Part shown: positions 50,629 through 62,204 of the stretch, piece by piece
Position numbering within the stretch: position 1 is the first letter of the stretch
Layout of the letters: each line of letters starts with the position of its first letter
Source: Monocercomonoides exilis PA203
Taxonomy: Eukaryota > Protista > Preaxostyla
DNA length: 64,000 bases
Reading direction: 5' to 3'
Assembly (NCBI GenBank): GCA_001643675.2
Contig: LSRY02000018.1
Span: 868,001 to 932,000 of the forward strand
Position numbers and translations under genes: made by a program
The notes under the pieces: model-generated
What the model saw: the letters and a program-made list of their open reading frames with translations, nothing else
Databases searched by the model: none
What the model was told of the DNA's origin: nothing

Positions 50629-53600
50629 TATCAAGTAAGACTCAATTTTTTTCGTTATTTTTGAATTTAATAAAATATTTGCATACTGAAATTTGTTCCA
50701 TGAATCAGTTTTGAATCTTTCTCGAAATTCTTTTTTTAATTCTTATTTTTGCATAATAATGTGTGGGTTGTTATTATATGAAAAAAGAAGAAATCTGAAT
50801 CAAAACATAGTTTTTTTATGAATAATAAAAATAATTGCGAAAAATTTCTTGCTCTTTTATCATTGACAAAGAATATCTTGAAACAAAGAAAATAAACAAC
50901 AAAAGAAAAAATGATGACAAATATATGTTTGGTTTTGAATTTCAAGGTGATTCCAAAATTTTGCGCACACACACAGAAATTAGACAAAAATGAAAAAAAC
51001 ACAGGAAGCAACAGCTGGCGTCCACAAGAAGACACTAATGGGAAAAATTCAGAAACAGATTAAACTTAAAGACGAAAAAAGGAAACATCCCAGCTTCTTT
51101 TTATTCTCGATAATTACAAATGCAAGATTCTAAGCACCCTTTTATCGCCCATTCCAACATTCAACAAGCTTCTGGCTTTCAAATTGCATTTGAGAATTTT
51201 CATCACATTTTTTTTGATTGCACAAAAGACAATCGGTTTCTATACTCTCTCTCCCATCATAATGTGAAGGTCACCAATCAGAATGAACATTCAGCACAAG
51301 ACAAGCGATGCATTATCAGATGAACAAATGTTCAATTCCAATGATTCTCTCATCAAAATGAAAGCGAAGGCAATTGGCTGCTCAGAAGAAGAAAAAGACA
51401 GTTTGTTAAGAAAAAACAGAAAATAAAACAACTTGGAAGAGAGATAAGTTTTGGGGCTAATTATAACTTAACATAGTCACTGAGAACATGTTTTTAGTCA
51501 ATATTTTTATTTATGTTGCGTATTAAATGATAAATAAAAAACTTATAGGTTCGAAAATTAAAGAAAATTTCTAATATTTTTCAACTAATTTTTTATGAAA
51601 AACACCCTAAATATAATCTTTTTGATAAATAAATATTAAAAAATTCATTATTCCGAATTCTTCAAAGTAAAATCAAGTTTTTAAATTTAATATTATTAAT
51701 ATATCTTTCAATTTATCAAATGCGTTATTAAATACGTAACCTAAATGCGAAATATCTGTTTTTTCAATTTTTCAAAAATTGATCGCTCCCGCAATATTTA
51801 ACTTCATTATAGGTTTTTGACAAAAAAAATATAAGATTAAAAACCAAAAATTCGATTCAAAACGTGTTTTGTTTATTTTATTAAATCACGTTTTATTAAT
51901 GTTTCAAAATTTTGTGAACATTTCAACGACTACGTAAAGTTATCATATGCCAGTGTTTGAAGCGGTCGGAAAATGAAAGTTGAAGAGCGGTACTCACAAA
52001 ATAACTTTGTTCAAATTGGACTCGAAAAAAGTTTTGGTAGATTTTCCAACAATAATCTGATCTGGCAAAAAGGAACAAACTTTGCATAAGGAAATGAAAA
52101 AGATGATGATCGATGAGTTAAAAGAACATGTTCTTCTTCTCACTTGTTTTTCACTATCAAATGGTTTGAATGTTCATAAGTTGAATAGATAAGTGGTTGT
52201 ATGCTTCGTGATGGAGTGACCGAGAAAGCAGCAGAAGAAGAGGAATTTGATTCATTTTTCAGTTGTTGATATAGATGTTGAAGATTTTATGTGGAGGAAG
52301 AGGAAGAGGAAGAGGAAGAAACACTTCACTCACATGGTGATTCTACTATTTCGTTAGCAATGTCAATTTGTCATATCTTCAAATCTTCAACTTTCCTCAT
52401 CAACTATTTTTCTTCTCGTTCTTTTTTATCGTCCTAATCAATCTTTTTTTCTCTCTTATCCGTTTTTTCAGTTCTTAGTGTAGATAATGCCTTTTGCCTT
52501 TTTTTATCTTCAACGTCAATTCCATTCTCGCTCAGAATTGTCTCATCCATTTAATCAAATCCACAAGATCAGCATGAAATTAATAATTGCCATTCAATAT
52601 GATTCATGAGAAATGTGTGTTTTTTTCTCATTTTGATTTCCAAGGCTCATCACAATCTCTTTTCTTCGAAAGTCTTTTTCTGTTCTTCAATTATTCTCTG
52701 CCTTCTACCATATATAAAAAAATCTTCAACCAAACAGAAATCTGTCAATATCATTAACAAAAATCTTTGGCTTTTGCCTCGAAACTTCCATTGGCCCTGA
52801 AAAGAATATAAAGATAAAATTAGTTTGTGAAATCACCATTGAAAAAAAAAATCAAAAATATGAAATATTCAAATCAAACAAACGATAGTCACATATTCAA
52901 TGAAAAATATATCCCTAACTGAAATGTCAAAGCCTTTCCAAAAAGTCTCTCTTTTTTGGCCATTTCATCCATTTGAAACTTCTCAATCGATAAAAGTTGT
53001 ATCTCTTTCAGACAAAAACACAAAAAATAACAAAACAGGAACAAAATATCCCACATCACTCCATTAATTAAAAGAATGCACAAACTCCATTTCTTTGAAT
53101 TATTATGTCCATTTCATCCAAAATATTAATATAAAAATATCATTTTCATGCAAAAACTCAATGCATCTGATGATCAAAATCAAGTGAATCACAAAAATCA
53201 CACAAACACCAGAAAAGATAATATGAACAAGAACAGAAACATTTTCATCATTCACACCTTTTTTGCTCATTAAACAAATGAAAGTTTTTAAAAAAAAATG
53301 AATTTCGGACTTTTGTTTTCAAAGAAATTTGTTAATCCTGATCATACGCTATTTAAAAAAATTCAATTGCATTTCAGCTGAGTTTCATCACATTTCTCAA
53401 CGTTATCATAAAAAATTCAAAATATCAATTATTTCTAACAATTTATTTTGTATTATTCTCAGGATCGAACAAATAAGAAATTTAAACAAATCAAAAACCA
53501 ATTACTGCATTTTATTGAAAATAACAAATACAATAATCTTATGAAAAAAGTGATGAAAGATTTTTATCTGCCCATAATTATAATATATTATTCAGGAAAA

Positions 53601-53634
53601 AAAGAAAACGCTTTCTTCGTGTGGATTCATTCCC

Positions 53635-56600
53635 ATGCTGTCAGGGATATATTCTCTTATTAGCATAATTTGTGTGCAGTGCTTGTGCAATGGTTTCACA
53701 AGTTCTGAGGGAGAACAGGCAGAGAAATCAACGAATGAACGAAATATTTATTGTCTCAAGAACCCTTGGGAAGATATGCTCCAAAATGACGCAAGTGATG
53801 GGAAATATGTGTGTGAAGTGTTTGCTGAAGGAAATGAGGATGGAACGAAAGGAGCTGAAAAACACGAAAAAGGGATGAATAATTGTGTTAAAATGCTGAA
53901 TGAAGGATACAACCGAATAAAAGATGAAAATCCAGAAGAGAAAATGAAAGAATTAATATTTTATGAAGAGCAAAAAATAAGGGGAAAAGGAAGATATTTT
54001 GGAGAGAGCATGATTGAGGGATGTTTGATTCTTCATAATTCATCGATGAATCTCAAATCATTGGGGCTGAGGCAAAATGATGGGGAAAATATTATCAAAG
54101 CAGGACATGGGTGCCATGTTGAATTGAATGATTGTGAAGTTATACCATTGAGTGAAACATCTCCATTTTGTTTGAGTGGAAGTTGTGGGCTGTTCACCAA
54201 CATTTCACTCAGATCGTCTTCAACCACATTTTTGCAGGTATTTCCTTCTCTGTTTTCTTCGAAAGCCTTGGAAGTGAAATATTCTGGGAAATGTGTTGTT
54301 TCTGTGAGTTCTTCTCATTTCTCTTCTTTTTGTGTTTCCTCAGCCCCATTCATCTCATCGCCTTCTATTCCTCTTGCTTCTCTCTCTTACCTGTCATTTT
54401 TCAACATTTCAACAGCGACTTCAGATTGTTCATCTTCTTCCACTTCCTTTTATCAAACATCATGTCTGATGAGCTGCTGCTCATTTTCATCAACTTGTGA
54501 TGTGTATGATGGTGGGATTGTTCTCTCTTTGAACAACCCTTTTTCTTCTTTGACTGCCTCAAATTCCTCATTCATTGGATGTTTCAGAACTAGAAACGTT
54601 GAATGCATTGGATCGAAAGATGTTAAACATCATCCAGGGAGACAGAATGAAACATTCAATGGAGCGAATGCGTTCATTTGGTGTGAATGGAATGGATCGA
54701 AGACGACCGGAACAGAAAATAAATGGGAAGACGGAGTGTCAAGTGGTGGTGCAATTTGCATGTACAGTCAATCAAGCGCATCAGTTTCAATTGAGCACTG
54801 CTCATTCAATGATTGTTATGCTTATTGTGATGGAGGAGGAGTCATGTGTGCATATATCGAATCTGTTGAGGTTGTTAACAACTCATTCAATGCTTGTACA
54901 TCACAAAATAATTATGGAGGAGGGATGTTTGCTTATTCGATTTCGTCATGTGTCATGATCAGTGGATGCGAATTCCAGAAATGCAAAGCGAATAGCATCG
55001 GAGGAGGACTTTATCTTTACACTTTTCAGGTTTCTGGATCCGGCTGTATTGGAACAGAAAGTGGGAAATGGGAGAGCGCTTGTGTGCTTGAGTGTTCATT
55101 CACTTCATGCTCTGTTTCAGGTTCCTATGGAGGAGGGATGTATTTTTTCAATGTTTCTGAAAAATTCAAAATGAGGAGCCTCCAATTTATTTCGTGCTCG
55201 GCATATTCATATGGTGGAGGATTGGATCTTTATCCATATCAATCAACAGCTCCAAGTGACAATCATTATTGTTATTTTCTCTTCTTTCACGATTGTAGAT
55301 GTACCAATACCACTCCGTATGGCCACGATGTGTATTTTCGAGATTATTACAATCATTTTTCATCGAACAACCCATTCTACGAATCTTATACAACGAATAG
55401 TAATGATACGAGAGTGTGCTATTATTATAATAGTTATCAGCATACAGAAAAGAAGGATTGGCTGAGCGTCGGGATGAAGGATCGATATGTTGGGGTGGGT
55501 GGGGATGACTCGAGGAGTTTGTGTGGGATGAGTGAGGCAACACCGTGCAAGACAGTGGGGCATGCAGTGGATGTGAGTTTGATTCAACTGAACTCGACAA
55601 TCACAGTACTTGATGGAAAGCATGTGAGCGAAAAGGAAACAATCAATGTTGGGGAAAAGAAGATAAATGTTTTGGGAAAAGGGAAGACAGCGAGCTTGAT
55701 TGGGACGAATTCTCTTTCTTTTTCATCGACAACGCTGTTCAGCGTATCTACTGGTCAACTGGATGTGGGGCATATTGGGATCGACCACAACACGACAAGA
55801 AGCCCATCGCCGAGTGTGTTTGTGGTAACTGTGGGGAGCGGGACACTTTCGCTGGAGGATGTTCTGATCAATTCTTCAATATCAGAAGAGAGCGAAATAT
55901 CTTCATCGGCATTTGTGATGGAACTGTTTCAGTTGAGGATGAGTGATGTTGAGATAAAAAATATGGCGATAAGCCAACCTCTGTTTGCTGAACCATCATC
56001 AGCAGGATCGTCATCAGGAGAGAGTTTGCTGGGGAATGTTACAATTCGGAATGTGAATCGGACAACAAAAGGAGATGGAGTGGTGATGGCAAAGAGTGTG
56101 AAGGAAGGAGAGACATTTGTGGTGTGGAACACAACGATTGAGGAATGTGAGTGTGTGAATGGAAATGGAGGAGGAATCAAAGTGGAACTGTTATCATCAG
56201 CAAGCAAGGTTCTGATTGGAGATTCAATATCACACAGTGGAGGAACAACTTCGTTCAATCAGTGCAAGTGCAGCAAATGCGGAGGAGGGATATTTCTTTC
56301 TCTGGCAGATGCAAATGCAAAGTTTGAATTGTCAAATACTCTTGTATTTGAGAGAAATGAGGCAGAATATGGGAGGAATATGTTCATTTTAGCATCTGAT
56401 CTGAACAAAACTGTGACAAATGAGTCATTCAACTTCGATTATTCATCTATGATAAATGATAACAATTTGTTTGTGGGGAGTGACAGCATTCATTCAAACA
56501 AGGATCTGTTCATGTTCCTCGTTCCATACAGCTCATATGAGATATTTATCTCATCAAAAGGATTTGATGTGGCGCGTTGTGGAAGTGAAGAAGAACCGTG

Positions 56601-59600
56601 TTTTACAATGTGGAAAGGGATGGAAAACATGAAAAAGGAGATTGGAATGAAAACAATTCAGATTAATGGATCATCCATAATTCAAGATTCATTCAACATG
56701 TCCAATTATCAGATCAAAAAGAGTGTAAAGATGGGAAAAGAGAATGCGAATGCAGTATTGAATTTTGAGCAGGCAATTGAAAGTCAACTGGAATATTTCA
56801 TGGTGAATAACGTTCATCTTGAATTATCAAACATCCAACTTCAAATAACATCGGGATTTGACAACTCAGCCAAAACGATAATTTCCAACAAAAATGGAGA
56901 ATTGGTGATAACTGGATGTTCATTCCATTCAGAGGCAGGAATGAACAATGGATTTGATTGTGTATTTGTGGATGTGGTTGGAGGAAGCGTGGAAGTGAAT
57001 GATTTGTCAATGGAATCATGTAATATTGGAAACAGTATTTTTGTCATTCATGATTCTGGAATGACCTGTCATTTCTTGAATGTTCGAGTGGAATCGTTGA
57101 ATGAAAGTGGAGGATGTCTTCTTCTGATCAAAGGATCTGAATCAGGATTAAAGATAAATGAAGTGGATGAGGAAATGAATCTCAACATTGATAATTCATC
57201 ATTTTCAGGGGTGAAGAGAAGTGACAATGGACCAACCATTTTGGAGTCGATGAGCGAGAATAAGATTTGTTTAGTTATGAATGAGAGCAGCATCACAGAT
57301 GACAAAGCAGAAACAAGTGAAAAGGGTGGGGCAATATTCTTCACATTTTGTGCATCTGGATCAATGAAGATGATTGACTCAACAATCAGCCATTGCAGCT
57401 GCACCAATGGGAAAGGAGGAGGAGTGTATTTGGCAACAAAAGAAAGAGGAGAATTGAATTTCACATTTATGGAAATGAAGTTCAGTGCGAACACAGCAAA
57501 AGTGGGGAATGATATTTTCATTGAATGTTTCAACATCTCATTCCAGATAAATGAAAACCAATTTCAGTTTGATCTTCGAGAAGGCCATTTCAATCGAGAT
57601 AATGCAATATATGGAAGAGATAAGTGTGAATATAAGGAAGACACAAATCTGATGGTATTTATAACGATCCATCAGAGTGACACAATCATTGTGAGCAGCG
57701 TGAATGGATCGGATGAGAGACAATGTGGAACAAGTGCACTTCCGTGTCATTCAATTGATTATGGGCTGATGCATCTGACTTCAGATTTCATGAGTGTGAT
57801 GATTGTTGTTGAAGAGAGTGCGATTGGTGGAGAATTAGATCTGAAGGAATTGAGTTTGAGTTCGAAGAACAGAGAAGTTTGCAAAGCTGAAGTTGAAACA
57901 GATATTGAAAGGACAAGAGAAGCATTGATGACAACAACTGGAACAGTTTCATTGATGAGAGTGAACTTTGTGTTTGATTCGAATTTCACCTCTTCTCATG
58001 AATCATTTATATCACCAGAAGGAGGAATTCTTGAAATGATGAATTGTTCATTCACTACAAAACAACTGAAGGAAGGAGTTAATGCAGAATTAGCAATCAT
58101 TCAATTTCACATTATAAAAATGGAAAAAGGAGAATTACAACTTGATGGATGCACAATGTCAAATCTCATTCTTCAAAAATCTTCAATATATCTTTCATCT
58201 TCTCTTCCATCAGTGATTTATTCGTTTGAGATCAGCAATTCAACGATTTCTCATTCACTTATTGAAATTATTGAATGCGAACAATTAAACATGGATAGAT
58301 TATGTGTTGAAAATATCTCAATGAATGGAGATGATGAATCATTGATATCTTGCTTGACAATGAAAAATACAATACAATTGACAAATTGCACAATGGGTGG
58401 AGTAAATTCAAAGACAACAAAAGGGAAATTGATGAAAGCGGAGAATTGTTTGGATGTGAAAATGGACAGTTGCATTTTCGATGGAAGCGCAAAGGAAAGA
58501 AATGAGCAATATTTGAATACAAAAGAAGAGATGTGCAGATGGTCTGGATCTCTTGTGGATGTTGTGAAGAGCAATGTGGAGATGAAAGATACAACAATCT
58601 CACATTCACCGGATGGTGGAATAACAATGAGTAGAGGAAATATTGTAATTGAGAAAGGAGAGTTTTTGAATAACAATCCATCTATTGAAGGATATCCATC
58701 ACTGAGAAGAAATATCATTTGCTCAGATTCTGGAACATTGAATGTGATGAGTTTGAAAGGAGGAGATGGATTGGAGAGAAATGCATCTCTTTGGATGTTG
58801 AATGATGGATGCAGTTTTGAAAGGATTGCTTCAGAAAGAGATTCATCATTTTTCATTCCTGTGCTGGAAAGTGTGGAAGCAAAAGAAGAGACAGACAGAA
58901 TGAAGCTGACATTCAAAGGGATGCTTCTTGTTCCATGCAATCTGTCATTCTCAGTTGTGAAGAAGAAGGGAGAAGAGAAAGAGATTGAAAAACATGATTT
59001 TGATTCAAGCGGCTTTTTGTCAGAAAGAGAAGCAAAAGGGAGCGTGGGAAAAGATCTAATCAGCAATTGTGGAAATGAAATAGAAGTTAGCACTCATATT
59101 TTGTTTGGGAATTCAAATACTCTCTTCTCAACAAACTCTTTCATTCTGAAGAATTTAAGTGAGACTGAACCAAAAGGAGATGAAAGAATTGTTGAAGGAG
59201 GAAAAGAAATGAAATCTTATTGGCTGTTGATTGTGGTTGTTTGTATTGTGATTGTTGTGCTTCTGTTTGTAATTGTTATCATTCTGGCTGTTCGATGGAG
59301 AAAGGCAAGGAATGAAGCGAAAGATTTGAGAGAGATTGCGAACGATAATATCAGAAAAGATCCAAAGCTTATTGAGATGGTGACGATGGAGATGTCACCT
59401 GAAGAGCAATGGAGGAGAGCAGAGAGAGAGGCAGAGAAGAAGAATGAAGAGAGGATAAAGAAGAGGGTGTATGACAAGACACTGGAACATTCAGAGTCAT
59501 CAGAACATCTTCTATCTGAGAGTGGATCAACAGAATATATTCTGGGAAGAGATTCAGACAAGATTCCTGAATGGGCATTGGAGAAAGAAGAAGAAGAAGA

Positions 59601-60591
59601 GAAAAGAAAGCGAACACCTTCTCCATCCATTTCATCCACAGACACATCAGACACGGAATCCACTTTTGTTCGAGGACAGGACCTGTGCCCGACCACTTCA
59701 TCGATGTCGAATCTGGTGGATGCAATGGCATGTTCATCACCACATGAGAAGTTGATTGTGGACTTGAGAGATTCGTTGTTTATGTTGCTTCATGGAAGAA
59801 ATGAGAAGAAAGAAATGGCGATTGGGAGCTTGAAGGAGAGAGAGCAAACAGCTTCCCAGATCCTGTTCTGGGTGGCTAATCTCGCTCTTCACTCGTTTGA
59901 TGAAATGGAAAACAAACTTCAGTCACTGGCCAATCTGAGTCCTCACATTGTTCTATTCTCCGAACACATGGTGATCTGCGTTGTGATGCATTCTGATTTC
60001 CTTTCATCTGATGATTCTGATTCATCTTCCGTCTCTTCATCAGCTGCTGTGACATCTACCAGTGAGGATGATGATGATAGTGACAGCGACTCCCTTCCCT
60101 CATCGGCATTTGAGGATGAGGATGATTACAAGAAAGAGTGCTTGAGGTGGATGGCACCAGAATTGCTGATCAACAAGAAGATGGGGGCAACAAAAGAGTC
60201 GGTGGCATTCTCGATTGGAATGATGCTGTGGGAGTGCCTAACGCTGGAGATTCCATTTGGGGAGTATGAAGCTGTGATAGCAGGAGAGAAGATCAGAGAT
60301 GGGCAGAGGCCAGATATTTCGAGAGTGTCTGAGTCGTCGCTGAAGCAGCTGATTGGGAGGTGTCTGTCTGAAGCAGGAGTGAATCGGCCTTCTTTGGGGG
60401 AGATAAAGCGGGAGACATTCCAACATTTTGTTGGAGGTGGAGCAGTGATGACTATGTCAGATGCAATTTGCTATGTTGAGGGATCGAGCTGTGTGAGAGA
60501 AGAGAGGAGCTGTACAGAGAAGGAAGCGGAAGATGAAGAGGAAGATGAGAAGTGCAACGATGAAAAGAAAGAAAAGGAAGAGACGTGTTGA
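53635..60591 (+). CDS. 2318-aa single-pass receptor-like protein: signal peptide, Cys/Gly-rich beta-helix-like ectodomain, TM helix, degenerate TKL-like kinase C-lobe
   Basis: Hydrophobic N-terminus; repeated F..C....GGG(A/I) motifs; TM segment YWLLIVVVCIVIVVLLFVIVIILAVRWRK; C-lobe motifs RWMAPE, FSIGMMLWE, IPF, RP. No VAIK, HRD or DFG. Confidence 0.85.
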   Translation: MLSGIYSLISIICVQCLCNGFTSSEGEQAEKSTNERNIYCLKNPWEDMLQNDASDGKYVCEVFAEGNEDGTKGAEKHEKGMNNCVKMLNEGYNRIKDENPEEKMKELIFYEEQKIRGKGRYFGESMIEGCLILHNSSMNLKSLGLRQNDGENIIKAGHGCHVELNDCEVIPLSETSPFCLSGSCGLFTNISLRSSSTTFLQVFPSLFSSKALEVKYSGKCVVSVSSSHFSSFCVSSAPFISSPSIPLASLSYLSFFNISTATSDCSSSSTSFYQTSCLMSCCSFSSTCDVYDGGIVLSLNNPFSSLTASNSSFIGCFRTRNVECIGSKDVKHHPGRQNETFNGANAFIWCEWNGSKTTGTENKWEDGVSSGGAICMYSQSSASVSIEHCSFNDCYAYCDGGGVMCAYIESVEVVNNSFNACTSQNNYGGGMFAYSISSCVMISGCEFQKCKANSIGGGLYLYTFQVSGSGCIGTESGKWESACVLECSFTSCSVSGSYGGGMYFFNVSEKFKMRSLQFISCSAYSYGGGLDLYPYQSTAPSDNHYCYFLFFHDCRCTNTTPYGHDVYFRDYYNHFSSNNPFYESYTTNSNDTRVCYYYNSYQHTEKKDWLSVGMKDRYVGVGGDDSRSLCGMSEATPCKTVGHAVDVSLIQLNSTITVLDGKHVSEKETINVGEKKINVLGKGKTASLIGTNSLSFSSTTLFSVSTGQLDVGHIGIDHNTTRSPSPSVFVVTVGSGTLSLEDVLINSSISEESEISSSAFVMELFQLRMSDVEIKNMAISQPLFAEPSSAGSSSGESLLGNVTIRNVNRTTKGDGVVMAKSVKEGETFVVWNTTIEECECVNGNGGGIKVELLSSASKVLIGDSISHSGGTTSFNQCKCSKCGGGIFLSLADANAKFELSNTLVFERNEAEYGRNMFILASDLNKTVTNESFNFDYSSMINDNNLFVGSDSIHSNKDLFMFLVPYSSYEIFISSKGFDVARCGSEEEPCFTMWKGMENMKKEIGMKTIQINGSSIIQDSFNMSNYQIKKSVKMGKENANAVLNFEQAIESQLEYFMVNNVHLELSNIQLQITSGFDNSAKTIISNKNGELVITGCSFHSEAGMNNGFDCVFVDVVGGSVEVNDLSMESCNIGNSIFVIHDSGMTCHFLNVRVESLNESGGCLLLIKGSESGLKINEVDEEMNLNIDNSSFSGVKRSDNGPTILESMSENKICLVMNESSITDDKAETSEKGGAIFFTFCASGSMKMIDSTISHCSCTNGKGGGVYLATKERGELNFTFMEMKFSANTAKVGNDIFIECFNISFQINENQFQFDLREGHFNRDNAIYGRDKCEYKEDTNLMVFITIHQSDTIIVSSVNGSDERQCGTSALPCHSIDYGLMHLTSDFMSVMIVVEESAIGGELDLKELSLSSKNREVCKAEVETDIERTREALMTTTGTVSLMRVNFVFDSNFTSSHESFISPEGGILEMMNCSFTTKQLKEGVNAELAIIQFHIIKMEKGELQLDGCTMSNLILQKSSIYLSSSLPSVIYSFEISNSTISHSLIEIIECEQLNMDRLCVENISMNGDDESLISCLTMKNTIQLTNCTMGGVNSKTTKGKLMKAENCLDVKMDSCIFDGSAKERNEQYLNTKEEMCRWSGSLVDVVKSNVEMKDTTISHSPDGGITMSRGNIVIEKGEFLNNNPSIEGYPSLRRNIICSDSGTLNVMSLKGGDGLERNASLWMLNDGCSFERIASERDSSFFIPVLESVEAKEETDRMKLTFKGMLLVPCNLSFSVVKKKGEEKEIEKHDFDSSGFLSEREAKGSVGKDLISNCGNEIEVSTHILFGNSNTLFSTNSFILKNLSETEPKGDERIVEGGKEMKSYWLLIVVVCIVIVVLLFVIVIILAVRWRKARNEAKDLREIANDNIRKDPKLIEMVTMEMSPEEQWRRAEREAEKKNEERIKKRVYDKTLEHSESSEHLLSESGSTEYILGRDSDKIPEWALEKEEEEEKRKRTPSPSISSTDTSDTESTFVRGQDLCPTTSSMSNLVDAMACSSPHEKLIVDLRDSLFMLLHGRNEKKEMAIGSLKEREQTASQILFWVANLALHSFDEMENKLQSLANLSPHIVLFSEHMVICVVMHSDFLSSDDSDSSSVSSSAAVTSTSEDDDDSDSDSLPSSAFEDEDDYKKECLRWMAPELLINKKMGATKESVAFSIGMMLWECLTLEIPFGEYEAVIAGEKIRDGQRPDISRVSESSLKQLIGRCLSEAGVNRPSLGEIKRETFQHFVGGGAVMTMSDAICYVEGSSCVREERSCTEKEAEDEEEDEKCNDEKKEKEETC

Positions 60592-62204
60592 AGAAACAAA
60601 GAGGAAAATATCTTGGAGATTGCTGCAAATAAGAAGGGACACAAGTGAATAAAAGAAATGATTATTTTTGTGCATTTGCATTTCGAAGAGAATATTTAAA
60701 GATTGAGTAACTTGTTATATTTTGGAAATTGGCAGGAATATTCAAAACATGGAAGAATCAGAGTTGTTTGTTCATTGCAGATGGGTGTTTGCTGACCACT
60801 TGGATTGAGTCAGCCTAACACTGTGGAATACAATGAAGAGCTTTTCTCTTCAAAAACACCTTTTTTTTCAAACAGAGTATTTTTTTTTTTTGAAAACGTT
60901 ATGTTTTTCATTCACAATTACACTTATTTGTATTTTCATTCCAATTTTTGTTTGAGAGAGATTTGTTAAGAATCATTTGATTTGAAAGTCATTTTCTATG
61001 TTAAATTGTTCTTATTTATTTATTTCTTCAAATCTGTATTCATCAAATTAAAAATAACACCATTGGCAACTTTTTTTCGTTTGATGTGTATTTTAGGATG
61101 ATAATATGTAATTCACAGAGGGAGTCATTTGAGTTGATATTTTTCACATTCACTATAATATCATTTTGAGTGTTCATTTTCGTTTATAAGAAATATTCAA
61201 ATTGTAAATGAGAATTATTGTTTGTTTTCATGATAGTCAGTGTTCTCTTCTGAAAGAAATTGTTCGGCTTATCATCATCAAAATGATCGATTCTTTTGGA
61301 ATATTGATCAATCAAAAAGAATTCAAGAAAATGAAAAGATCTTTGAATGTGAAAGCCATTTGAATAAACAGAAAATGAAAAAATCAAACAATCGGACCAG
61401 AGGAAAAAAGAAAAAAACACTTGGAACATTTTTTGATAAAACAACAGACTTTTGAAGTAATTCGTTTTTAATAACAATCTAATTGCTTTCAAAATTATTT
61501 TTTTATATTAATTGAAATTTGAAGGTATTGAAACTTCGAAATTTGTAACAAACACATCTTTTGAACTAAAATTAATTTATTCAAAATAGAGGAAAATGAA
61601 AAACCAAAAAAAAAATTGAAATATATTTATAGCTTCCACTTTTTGATAGATTTCTGACTCAAAAGAAATAAAGAAAGAAAGAAAGAAATTTTTTTTCTAT
61701 AAAACAACTGATATGAATTCACAATTTTCTGCTTTAAAAGAAGTCGATCTCCTCGAAATAATGTGATATTGATGGTGATTTTCTTATTAATATTAATAAA
61801 GAAAAACACATTCTTAAGGTTAGTTCTCAATTCATTTCTTTCGGTTCATTTTTGGAAAAGGTCCAAATTGAACCAGTAGCGAATTTGACGTTTTTATATA
61901 AATTTTCATTGTATTATTAATTAACGTTATTATTTAACTCAATATAAAAGTAAAAATCAGAGAAATATTGCAATGAAAAACAGAAATAAAAAATGTTGAA
62001 CGGTCCCAAAAAATATTTATTATATTTTCATTTTAACTTTTTGGAGTGTAATGGAGAGATTTTGTTGTTGTCGACAAATTTAACGCTTATCGAAAAATTA
62101 TTCATCGCGTCATTTAAATTAATTTATGTTGACGTGTGTTATATTTTTCATAATCAAATTTTATTGGAAATATGATTCTTGCTCGATGATATTGAATTTT
62201 TGTC

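Noticed and set aside
48794-51460. TTAGCCCC / GGGGCTAA as transposon TIRs
   Set aside because: Only an 8-bp match; a better 28-bp TA-flanked pair exists at 48615 and 50628.
50640-53600. Short ORFs between the transposon and the receptor gene
   Set aside because: No continuous frame, splice model or recognisable motif; at most unidentifiable decayed sequence.
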